From a virus (lineage: Duplodnaviria; Caudoviricetes), in the IMG/VR virus record IMGVR_UViG_3300015370_000050, positions 1 to 24,134 of that record: a stretch of DNA of 24,134 nucleotides. The stretch is one strand, 5' to 3'. This document shows, in pieces, positions 17,901-24,134 of the stretch. The notes below the pieces were generated by a model. That model had not been told where the DNA came from. It worked only from the letters and a program-made list of their open reading frames with translations, and searched no databases. Made by a program: the position numbers and the translations under genes. The number at the start of each line of letters is the position of its first letter. The stretch's first letter is position 1.

Positions 17901-18640
17901 ACGAGAGCGACGATCCGCCCGAGATCACCAACGCCAACATCACCATCTACGTGCGCGGTGATGCGATCACCACGGCCGACGACAAGGGCACCGCCCTGCA
18001 GGCCTTCGGAGGCATCTTCGCGAACGCTCGTGTCTGCGTCTGCCCCAACGGCGGCGTGGACGCCCCGGACTACAACGGCACCCTGACGCGGCTCGCAGGC
18101 TACTTCGGCCTCGCGACCCTCGCCGGGTACATCCAGACCCACAAGATCGAGAACCCCGTCAGCGGCTGGACGATCCCGCACCTGACGCACGTCTACGAGA
18201 CCGACGAGCTCTACGACGAGATCGACTCGATCATGGGGCTCTTCTTCTTCGTGAACGATCACGACGCCGGTACCGTCGAAGTGGGCATGGACTTCACAAC
18301 GGACTCCTCCGCTGTGAAGCTCCACCGGTTCACCGTCGGCTGCCAGCTCGACGCGCTCGCCATCCGCATCCGGGACTCTGTGTCGTCCTGGAAGAAGATG
18401 AGCATCAGCCAGCGGACCCTGAACACGCTGTACGCGCAGGTTCACTCTGCCGGCGATGCCGCGATGCAGGAGCGGGAGATCTCCCGCTTCGATCTGGACA
18501 CCATCGAGCTCGGCGCTCCCGACTTCAGCGAAGGCGGGGACCCGAACCAGACCGTCACGGACATCGAGGCTGTCACCATCTACGGGTCGGCCGAGACGTT
18601 CATCCCGGTCGGAAAGCTCTTCATCTACATCACGGTCTAG
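14993..18640 (+). CDS. Contractile tail sheath protein with large inserted domains (1215 aa)
   Basis: AAGGAG SD. N-terminal GPEIHF...PLMLMG resembles sheath starts and the C-terminus (ARVCVCP...GYFGLATLAG...FIPVGKLFIYITV) is sheath-like. Followed by a tube-like gene. Confidence 0.75.
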   Translation: MTIARLSHFGPEIHFDIKPVTVPTKVSRRPLMLMGVAKYIVDILDSDGDLVSDAMLTGPATVTSGAQATAAWVACVTPTPKAISITLNGIPKVLSPAGTPTTAAQVATILTTAFAPDAATGFEGVTFSIIGTGASLYLVATSIPVGDAVDMIIETETHDAYFFAAAGGSQMEGRYVYGFGNYLGYDVTVPFASVPDPDGILDMCVLDSTFAATLAVSVDRGDRVVSMSRTAAWERNAHQREPVIWAVAGKGAPASFTDLANHVNLSTYAPFTHIAADATRGAPPILHPWTPVGGTTSRFWAPGEDASVIIPGATSAGYVTLTVTKNLDPAKLALVPSGSSELNDCHGALGHIYVVVVGGQLGETVVWNDVARSLTINLVPIAPTCANVAAAVTTAAADSAHAIYGMFTAVATVGATLVDLTPGPIGALAANTFLWGGMEPIQFDDTKGTCVLAGNKLFASTAVVLAGAVQLQISVDGSAVEEFEWPLGTAISAIISAFNTRFGSAAVMSALNVGYGGVAPIVVKITGVAKGRSGTIYIPYAVGLEHLMVTESFTVPTAQFVVDLNEEHALYTPAASSHVGLIFPGGSVVSDIGTHTIRFLRDVAVGAFSVHFDTPAAVAAAVTYTINTGVFATDYVGIKHYGIPYPELASDELWMGDAYQATITGYQGIVSDGGVDFGNRGLTFSANFSTSDTFEAFYTRIKNITSTLIGDTKPTPDLIVSTADDTMYIRNEAVMNDTGQSYTGISLPMYCGFEAVRLDITADYLSRGLTFTTVDDILEYGPIDPRNELIFGAWMAYQGMQLATSYIPFKVIGIGGDTLTDWSAATKILEKDVFWMPIALTDDRAINTWLANYIIASEAPTRKKDWRTIIYTDTPDEEFPTTIGTGLTAATNVTGAQRTIVIMLSKLNVAAALITAGYVPSAVTDADGLYVMLSGGGATETQATYKWLIQSVNSATNTVVVVDTPTDTFYESDDPPEITNANITIYVRGDAITTADDKGTALQAFGGIFANARVCVCPNGGVDAPDYNGTLTRLAGYFGLATLAGYIQTHKIENPVSGWTIPHLTHVYETDELYDEIDSIMGLFFFVNDHDAGTVEVGMDFTTDSSAVKLHRFTVGCQLDALAIRIRDSVSSWKKMSISQRTLNTLYAQVHSAGDAAMQEREISRFDLDTIELGAPDFSEGGDPNQTVTDIEAVTIYGSAETFIPVGKLFIYITV

Positions 18641-18652
18641 TAGGAGGCGACG

Positions 18653-19345
18653 ATGTCGAAGGTAACATCCTGGGATCCCTGGAACTGGCCTGTGCAAGGT
18701 GGTATGCGTGAAGGCGAGCATGCGTCCTCCACGCACACCCTCCTGGCCTCGGGTCCCCCGCACCTCGCGGAGCTCAGCGCTGGGAACGTCGCGTCGCAGG
18801 TCTTCCCGATGGGGTTGTGCCAGGACTTCACCTGGGGCCAGACCCTCGGTGTCGCCCGGTTCTACGAGATCGGGTCGAAGCGCTCCTACGTGGTCACCGG
18901 CCACGCGGCGGGTGGGCTGACGCTCAGCGACATCTACTACTCGGGTCCGTCGCTCCTGCGGAAGCTCTACTCGGTGTGGCCGGACTACGAGGGCAAGGCG
19001 CTCAACCCGGACGGAGCGACCGTGGCGGTGTCCGGAGGTGAACTCGGTCAGGCTCCGGACTGGGGTCTGCCGCACATCCCGCCGGGCTACGAGAACTTCC
19101 TCTGGAACATGCAGAGCGACTTCTTCTCGCGTCCGTTCGGGCTCATGCTGATCGTGCACACCAACCTGAACAACACCGTCATGGTGTCGTACTTCGAGGA
19201 GTGCATCGTCCCGGGCTACAACACCGCGTTCTCGGCCCAGGCCGTGATCATGCAGGAGTCGTCCACCATCGACTACGAGCGCGCCGTTCCCGTCAAGGCA
19301 AACTACGCCCCGCTCGTCCAGGGCCCATCCGACCTTCCTTTCTAG
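18653..19345 (+). CDS. Putative tail tube protein
   Basis: TAGGAGG SD, position directly after the sheath, motifs MGLCQDF...FYEIGS...G and YFEEC...IMQESSTIDYE typical of myophage tubes. Confidence 0.68.
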   Translation: MSKVTSWDPWNWPVQGGMREGEHASSTHTLLASGPPHLAELSAGNVASQVFPMGLCQDFTWGQTLGVARFYEIGSKRSYVVTGHAAGGLTLSDIYYSGPSLLRKLYSVWPDYEGKALNPDGATVAVSGGELGQAPDWGLPHIPPGYENFLWNMQSDFFSRPFGLMLIVHTNLNNTVMVSYFEECIVPGYNTAFSAQAVIMQESSTIDYERAVPVKANYAPLVQGPSDLPF

Positions 19346-19857
19346 CCGATACGGGACTGCACCCAGGACCGTGATGTCACAACGCTTCGGATGACTGCGA
19401 CCACGTAGTCTTTGTGCGCGGCGTAGGCAACGAACGGCGCACTCGAGCTGATGACGTGCATGTTCGTGATGTTGCTCGTGCCGGTAGCGATGATCTTGTG
19501 CACGATCGTGCTCGGTCCACGAGGCTTCACGTCTATCTGCCTTGGGAGGTATACGATCGCGCCGTAGTATCTCCCGGGGAGGTCGGGAACGTCGTCGACC
19601 AAGTTCGGGGCCCAGTCCGGGTAGCGCTCTGCAAAGAAGTTCGTCGCTACCACGCGGTCCTGTTCTTCTATCCACTGTACGAAGATACCCCTGACAACGG
19701 CGGGGTCGATCTCGCGTACGCGTTCTGCGAAGCCGACGATATCGGCTGGGCGCACGTACCCATAGGCTAGAAGGAACTCGTACAGTGCTTGCGGCAGCTC
19801 GGAGATACGGACGGTCGTCAAGACGGAGACCGCCCGGATGACGTCCTCGTAGTTCAC
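19342..19857 (-). CDS. Hypothetical protein, last gene of the chaperonin operon
   Basis: GTG start overlaps the groEL stop (GTGA). Its stop overlaps the tube gene stop on the other strand (CTAG 19342-19345). Confidence 0.65.
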   Translation of the reverse strand: MNYEDVIRAVSVLTTVRISELPQALYEFLLAYGYVRPADIVGFAERVREIDPAVVRGIFVQWIEEQDRVVATNFFAERYPDWAPNLVDDVPDLPGRYYGAIVYLPRQIDVKPRGPSTIVHKIIATGTSNITNMHVISSSAPFVAYAAHKDYVVAVIRSVVTSRSWVQSRIG

Positions 19858-21473
19858 TTCTTGTCGCGCGGCTTCGTCAGCGCAGCGGCGGTGGTGCCGA
19901 GGACGCTTCCGCAGCCGTAGCTCGTGCGCAGCGCCTCGATGGACAGGATGGTGGGCTCGACGAGCTTGGTCTTCTTGAAGTCGGCAAACTTGTCGGTGAG
20001 GATGTTGTAGCCCACGTTGACCCCGCGGTTGAGCATCTCCCCGATGATCTGGTAGGTCGCCGTCTTCGGTGTCCCGGACTCCAGTGCGTTCGAGATGAGC
20101 TGCTCCAGCGGCGCCTGCACGACGGCCAGGAAGATGTCCTTGGCGGTCTGCCCGTCCACGTCGGTGGGCTCGTACTCACGGCCGACCTGGATGGCCCACT
20201 TGTACGCCACGCCGCCGGCGGGGATCACGCCCTGGCGAAGTGCCGCGAAGCACGCGTGGATGCCGTCCTCGACGAGGAACATGTTGGACTTGATCTCGGC
20301 GTCGTTGCGCCCGCCGACGAAGATGGTACCGACGCCACCGGCGAGTCGAGCGAGCCGCTCCTCGGTGTGCATGCGCTCCATCTCGTCGCAGTGCGGGAGC
20401 TCGTCGCGGATCTTGTTCATGCGCGCAGCGATCTCTTCCTCGTCTCCGGCGCCTCCGACGATGACGGTCTTCGCCGCAGATACGATGACGCGGCTGGCGG
20501 TGCCGAGGATGCCCTCACTGACGAGCTTCGATGGTTCGACCCGCGCGATGTCCCCGTGCGCTCCCTCGTTGTAGACGCGACCGTCGGTGACCAGTGCGAT
20601 GTCCTGCAGCACGTCCGTGCGCCGGGCACCGAATTTCGGGGCCTTGACGGCGACGATGCGCACCTTGCCGCGGGAGTTGTTCACGACGCAGGTGGCGAGG
20701 GCTTCGCCCACGACGTCGGCGGCGATGATCAAGAGGTTCTTCTTGCCCGCCATCGCCGCGTTGATCGCCGGGGCCACGGAGCGGCCGTCGGACAGGTTGC
20801 CGTCGAACACCAGGACGAAGCAGTCTGCGAAGTCCCAGCTGTCGGCGCCGATGCCCTCCACGAAGAACGGGCTCAGGAAGCCCCGGTCGAAGTGGAAGCC
20901 GGTGGTGATGTCCTTGTCGTGGTACCCGCTCCTGGACTGCTGGAAGGTCGCTACGCCGTCCACGCCGACGGCGGCGACGGTCTCGGCCACGAGGTCAGCG
21001 AGCTCCTCACGGTGGTTGCACGCGAGCGTAGCAACCTGCAGGAGGCTCTTCTTCGTGGATGTGATCTCCTCGCTGCGGCTCCCGATGACCCTACAGGACT
21101 CCGCGTACAAGCCTTCGAGGCGATCGAGGACGCTACGCTTGCGCCCGGCTGGCAGCATCAGGATGTGCTTCGCCAGCTCGGCTGCCAGGATCACCACGGA
21201 GGTCGTGCCGTCGCCGACCTTGGAGTTCATCTCGAGCGACGCCATGATGATGGTCTTCGCTGCGGAGTCAGCGACGTCGTCGTCGTGGCAGAAGCCCCGG
21301 GCGACAGTGACGCCGTCCTTCGTGTGCGTTGGGTTTCCGCCGTACTCGGGGTCGATCAGTACGTTCTGGCCCTTCGGTCCGAGGGTGACGCCCACGGCCT
21401 TGCGGAGAGCGTCGATTCCGAGGATCATCTGTTCGGCTGGATTGAGATTGACGTCTCGACGCTGCTGGCTCAT
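19854..21473 (-). CDS. groEL: Phage-encoded group I chaperonin GroEL (divergent)
   Basis: VTLGPKGQNV, TKDGVTVA, GDGTTS, FDRGFLSPFF, AVKAPKFGARR, ERLARLAGGV, VEDGIHA and GVIPAGG motifs. No C-terminal GGM tail. SD GAGGT at 21482-21486. Confidence 0.96.
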   Translation of the reverse strand: MSQQRRDVNLNPAEQMILGIDALRKAVGVTLGPKGQNVLIDPEYGGNPTHTKDGVTVARGFCHDDDVADSAAKTIIMASLEMNSKVGDGTTSVVILAAELAKHILMLPAGRKRSVLDRLEGLYAESCRVIGSRSEEITSTKKSLLQVATLACNHREELADLVAETVAAVGVDGVATFQQSRSGYHDKDITTGFHFDRGFLSPFFVEGIGADSWDFADCFVLVFDGNLSDGRSVAPAINAAMAGKKNLLIIAADVVGEALATCVVNNSRGKVRIVAVKAPKFGARRTDVLQDIALVTDGRVYNEGAHGDIARVEPSKLVSEGILGTASRVIVSAAKTVIVGGAGDEEEIAARMNKIRDELPHCDEMERMHTEERLARLAGGVGTIFVGGRNDAEIKSNMFLVEDGIHACFAALRQGVIPAGGVAYKWAIQVGREYEPTDVDGQTAKDIFLAVVQAPLEQLISNALESGTPKTATYQIIGEMLNRGVNVGYNILTDKFADFKKTKLVEPTILSIEALRTSYGCGSVLGTTAAALTKPRDKK

Positions 21474-21474
21474 C

Positions 21475-22936
21475 AGTGAATACCTCTTATGTTACGTGGT
21501 CGTACGTGTAGGCGATACCATTCGGTCGCCACAGCACGCGTGCTTTGTTGTACGAAACCGGAAAGTTGTCGTCCCCGACAATGCGAAGAGCTAAACAAGC
21601 AGTGCGAAGACTACGCACCGTGCCCACCACGACTCCACGAGTCCTGTGCGCAGCGCGCACTAAGTCCCAATGTCTAAATCCTTTGTACTCGTCGCGCTTC
21701 TTGGTGGGGTTGGCGTCCCACACTTTTGTTCGCCTGGGTGTAATCGAGAACCTTCCCGACGGCATCGTCGGGGTGTACGTCCGGCACACCATAGCTACAG
21801 CGTCGAGATCATGAGCCTTGTCGAGGCCGAGAGCTCGCCTCCAACACGTGGTCATCCAGCCACAGCAAGATGACACAACCAGTCCGAGACGGCGTAGCTC
21901 CTCACGCAGGTAGTGTTTTCCAGCCTGCAGATGTGCTGGGTACACGAAGCGACGAGGCCGCTTCGTCAGCGTCCACAATCCGTCGTGCAGCTCGGCGTGG
22001 CACTTCTCGCACAGGGTTATCCCGTTGCTTGGCGAGTTACCGCCACTGTTGCTGCGATACTGGATGTGGTGCGCTCGGAGCTCGTCTGGCGAGCTGCAGC
22101 GCTGACACTTGTACCGATCTCTCCAGAGTACCTTCGCTCGGAAATTCTGGCCCTCGTACTCTGCCTGCTGGAACTCCGCGCCGTACAGCTGCCTACCCGC
22201 AGCCATGCTGCTGATGTCGAATTGACCTTCCTCGACGACGACCTTGGTGATGCGAAGCACCCGTCCGAGGTCTTTGACTACGCGAAGAACGCTGTCTTTC
22301 TTCTGTCGGATCGTAGGTGGGATCCAACCCTTGCTACCGCGGTTGAGGAAGCGCGCTGGGCGATGCCGCAGCTTCCGACTCCTGCGCGCACGACGGTACG
22401 TCGCGCGTTGAGTCATCTTGCATTTCACGTCCTGACGAAGCCGTACGACCCCACGGAAGACGACCTCTTCGGTGTGCTCGTTCACGACGGCGATTCCGAC
22501 GTGCTTCGCACCGTCGTCGATACCGACGGTGAACTCACCGGCGGGGTTGTCGACGACACGGGTCAGTTGAATCGTGAACGGTACCACCTGGAACACCTTG
22601 GCTCTGCCTTCGCGCAACAGCTTCCTGGAGCGCGCAGGATGTGTGGGAAGTAACTGCTTCCCGGCAGCGTCGATGACGAAGACCTTCTGTGTCGCTGGTT
22701 TGGTCATCTAAGACCACCTCTCCCAAAGGGAAATTGTTGCTCTCGACAAACTGCGCCCCGTCTCTTTACGTGGGGTAGAACATTCTCCCCCACCCGCAGA
22801 GCTCCCGACTGAGCACATCTGGAGGTGCTTACCGGGGACAGATAGCCGGACGAACTCACCGCTGAAGATCGGCTTACAACCGGCTTAGTCTCGACGCTCA
22901 TTTATGACTCCTCATGGTCATCCTTCAGGGAGCGTC
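21475..22936 (-). mobile_element. Non-autonomous IS200/IS605-derived IscB cassette (about 1.46 kb) at the groES/groEL junction
   Basis: omegaRNA plus iscB with codon usage unlike the flanking genes. No tnpA in the window. Boundaries inferred from the first omegaRNA stem and from the reconstructed empty site (about 2 nt uncertainty). Confidence 0.65.
21487..22707 (-). CDS. iscB: IscB RNA-guided endonuclease (IS200/IS605 OMEGA; RuvC + HNH)
   Basis: PLMP-like N-terminus (VFVIDAAGKQLLPTHPARSRKLL...PFTIQL), RuvC-I GIDDG, Arg-rich bridge helix RRARRSRKLRHRPARFLNR, GWIPP, RuvC-II VVEEGQFD, HNH with CQRC/AHHI/NGITLCEKCH, RuvC-III KAHDLDA. 406 aa. Confidence 0.95.
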   Translation of the reverse strand: MTKPATQKVFVIDAAGKQLLPTHPARSRKLLREGRAKVFQVVPFTIQLTRVVDNPAGEFTVGIDDGAKHVGIAVVNEHTEEVVFRGVVRLRQDVKCKMTQRATYRRARRSRKLRHRPARFLNRGSKGWIPPTIRQKKDSVLRVVKDLGRVLRITKVVVEEGQFDISSMAAGRQLYGAEFQQAEYEGQNFRAKVLWRDRYKCQRCSSPDELRAHHIQYRSNSGGNSPSNGITLCEKCHAELHDGLWTLTKRPRRFVYPAHLQAGKHYLREELRRLGLVVSSCCGWMTTCWRRALGLDKAHDLDAVAMVCRTYTPTMPSGRFSITPRRTKVWDANPTKKRDEYKGFRHWDLVRAAHRTRGVVVGTVRSLRTACLALRIVGDDNFPVSYNKARVLWRPNGIAYTYDHVT

Positions 22937-22956
22937 TGGCAATGATGTTGTAGCGC
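22715..22956 (-). ncRNA. omegaRNA (HEARO-like) of IscB: scaffold about 22936 to 22715, predicted 5' guide about 22956-22937
   Basis: On the - strand: first stem GACGCTC/GAGCGTC, then AGACTAAG, stem AGCCGG/CCGGCT, CTGTCCCCG/CGGGGCGCAG, hairpin CTCCAGA-TGTGCTCAG-TCGGGAG followed by CTCTGCG, GTGGGG/CCCCAC hairpin, TTGTCGA then GAGCA (pseudoknot with loop TGCTC), and a 3' TCCC/GGGA hairpin. Directly upstream of iscB. Exact ends are inferred. Confidence 0.82.
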
Positions 22957-23195
22957 GGGACCGCCATGAAGAAGCGGTCTCCGATGCGGACTTCGACTTT
23001 GACGGATGCGTTGACTTCGAGCTCGTCGTCGGGCTTGTACACGCCGTCTTCGGTGGGCATGATGACCACGCAGTTCACTGAGTTCTGTGTCTTCTCGAGC
23101 GACGCAGAGGCGAGCAGGGCGACGTCCTTCGGGGGCGGCGGCTCATCGACGACGACCCACTCACCCACTGACGCCCAACCTGTCGTGTCTTGCAT
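22902..23195 (-). CDS. groES: Divergent GroES-like co-chaperonin
   Basis: 97 aa. VGEWVVVD (cf. PLGDRVVV), hydrophobic mobile-loop-like VALLASA, YKPDDEL (cf. VKVGDKV), EVRIGDRFFMAVPRYNIIA (cf. EVKIDGEEYLILRESDILA). First gene of the operon containing groEL. Confidence 0.78.
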   Translation of the reverse strand: MQDTTGWASVGEWVVVDEPPPPKDVALLASASLEKTQNSVNCVVIMPTEDGVYKPDDELEVNASVKVEVRIGDRFFMAVPRYNIIARRSLKDDHEES

Positions 23196-23218
23196 GTCAG
23201 TTCCCCCTGGTCTATGCT

Positions 23219-23248
23219 AGAGTAAGTTGCTGGCGTGCCGAGTGTCAA
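23219..23248 (-). promoter_or_regulatory. Sigma70-like promoter of the groES-iscB-groEL operon
   Basis: On the - strand TTGACA (23248-23243), 18 nt, TACTCT (23224-23219), then GGGGGA SD and the groES ATG at 23195. Confidence 0.68.
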
Positions 23249-23276
23249 GTATTTTGTTATACAAACCGAGGCGCCT

Positions 23277-24104
23277 ATGGCCGAACGCAAAGACTCCTCG
23301 ATGTTCCCGACGAAAGCTGTGCTTGCTGCCGGTGCGCTGAAGACGATGGCGGACGTGCCGAAGTTCATGGCGAGCGGGGAGCTGGAGAAGGCGATCCGCC
23401 AGAAGCTCAAGGTCGCAACGCCCGGAGCGCCGAGGGCGTTCACCAAGGCATCGTTCAAGCAGAGCGCCAAGTTCGCTCGCCGCGCAGCGAGCGGGTCGAT
23501 CCCAGGCATGCTGACCTTCCCGATTCTGGCGTCCGGTATCAAGGACGTGAGCTCCGACGACAAGGGCGACAAGGCGAAGGGGCTCGCGAAGATCCTCGGC
23601 GCTGGAGCGTCGTACTCGGCGATCAAGGGCGCTGCGGAGCACGGTGCACGACACAAGATGCTCACCGAGGAAGCCGCAGCGCTCAGCGGCAAGGACCTCC
23701 TGAAGAAGATGCCGCGCGCGAAGCTGCTCGCAGGTGCGAAGCCTTATATCGCCGGAGCCATCGCGAAGGGGCTTCCCGGAACCGCCGCTGCGATGATCCC
23801 TGCGATGGCGATCGCGTCCGGGCTCAAGAAGAAGGACGAGAAGTCGTCGAAGTCGATGATCCGCGCCGGCATCGCCGGCGGCGTCGCTACCGCCGCACGC
23901 GGCGGCATCGAGCGGGCGCTCTTCTTCAAGCGCATGGGCACGAAGATGTCGCCGAAGGTCACGCGCGAGATCCTCGCCACCATGGGATCCAAGGGCGCCG
24001 CCGGCGTCTTGGGCGGCCTCATCCTCGATCGCGCCGTGCGCTTCGCCATGAAGGGCAAGAAGGTCAAGCCGAAGCCCATGCAGCACGAGCTCGAAGGGCA
24101 GTAG
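23277..24104 (+). CDS. Very basic Ala/Gly/Lys-rich protein with hydrophobic Gly-rich segments (275 aa), putative internal virion protein
   Basis: ATG 23277 with GAGG SD; the 23235 start lies in the AT-rich promoter region. Composition resembles the basic head-cluster proteins. Confidence 0.72.
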   Translation: MAERKDSSMFPTKAVLAAGALKTMADVPKFMASGELEKAIRQKLKVATPGAPRAFTKASFKQSAKFARRAASGSIPGMLTFPILASGIKDVSSDDKGDKAKGLAKILGAGASYSAIKGAAEHGARHKMLTEEAAALSGKDLLKKMPRAKLLAGAKPYIAGAIAKGLPGTAAAMIPAMAIASGLKKKDEKSSKSMIRAGIAGGVATAARGGIERALFFKRMGTKMSPKVTREILATMGSKGAAGVLGGLILDRAVRFAMKGKKVKPKPMQHELEGQ

Positions 24105-24134
24105 GCCTCGAGGCTAAAAAAATCGATGGTAAAG

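Larger units (their letters stand above)
1..24134. mobile_element. Segment of a tailed dsDNA phage genome (packaging, head, neck and contractile-tail genes plus a chaperonin operon)
   Basis: Co-oriented, tightly packed terminase, prohead protease, capsid, neck, sheath and tube genes with ATGA/GTGA overlaps and strong GGAGG Shine-Dalgarno sites. No host housekeeping genes except a divergent groES/groEL. No integrase or att site seen, so phage versus prophage is unresolved. Confidence 0.93.

Noticed and set aside
14993-19345. Sheath and tube as part of a tailocin, eCIS or T6SS
   Set aside because: Contiguous terminase, protease and capsid genes indicate a complete virion module.
20001-20011. 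11-nt match (GCTACAACATC) between the predicted guide and groEL as a self-target
   Set aside because: Explained by shared Tyr-Asn-Ile codons; the match covers the TAM-distal part and the 3' seed mismatches.
21487-22707. Cas9, TnpB or a CRISPR array associated with the nuclease
   Set aside because: Size, PLMP-like N-terminus and HNH inserted in RuvC identify IscB; no repeat-spacer array is visible anywhere in the window.
21453-22898. 11-bp direct repeat GTCTCGACGCT at 21453-21463 (groEL start region) and 22888-22898 (after groES) as a target-site duplication
   Set aside because: IS200/IS605 elements do not make TSDs, and recombining the copies puts the upstream ATG out of frame with groEL (7-nt difference). 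One copy is part of the omegaRNA stem. It remains a weak alternative boundary to revisit if empty alleles are found.
19854-23195. groES/groEL as host chromosome marking a prophage boundary
   Set aside because: Both are far more divergent than typical bacterial orthologues, GroEL lacks the GGM tail, and phage-like genes flank both sides.
24105-24123. Palindrome GCCTCGAGGC followed by an A-run as an intrinsic terminator
   Set aside because: No loop and no U-tract 3' of the stem on either strand; the context is cut off by the window end.

Overview
A GC-rich segment of a tailed dsDNA phage, probably a large myovirus; the host cannot be determined from the sequence. The + strand (1-19345) carries a large terminase with a 134-aa mini-intein in Walker A, a cluster of head-associated proteins, a Zn-finger prohead protease, acidic scaffold-like proteins, a putative decoration protein, the major capsid protein, neck proteins, a 1215-aa tail sheath and a tail tube. 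No portal, tape measure or baseplate gene is recognisable. A convergent - strand operon (23195-19342) encodes a divergent GroES, an IscB RNA-guided nuclease with its omegaRNA, GroEL and a hypothetical protein. Highlight 1: the IscB/omegaRNA cassette sits inside the phage groES-groEL operon. Its scaffold starts within groES, so the predicted guide is groES coding sequence. Removing the cassette in silico gives an ATGA-coupled groES/groEL junction whose ATGA could be the TAM, and the scaffold is also an SD-led ORF coupled at both ends. Highlight 2: a recurrent [LIVM]-[EQK]-K-x-A motif across the head cluster often separates acidic leaders from basic Gly/Ala-rich domains, four of which share an NP + Gly-rich hydrophobic helix. 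This suggests K-x-A-specific maturation of internal or ejection proteins. All functional calls come from reading motifs and gene order; no database search was run.
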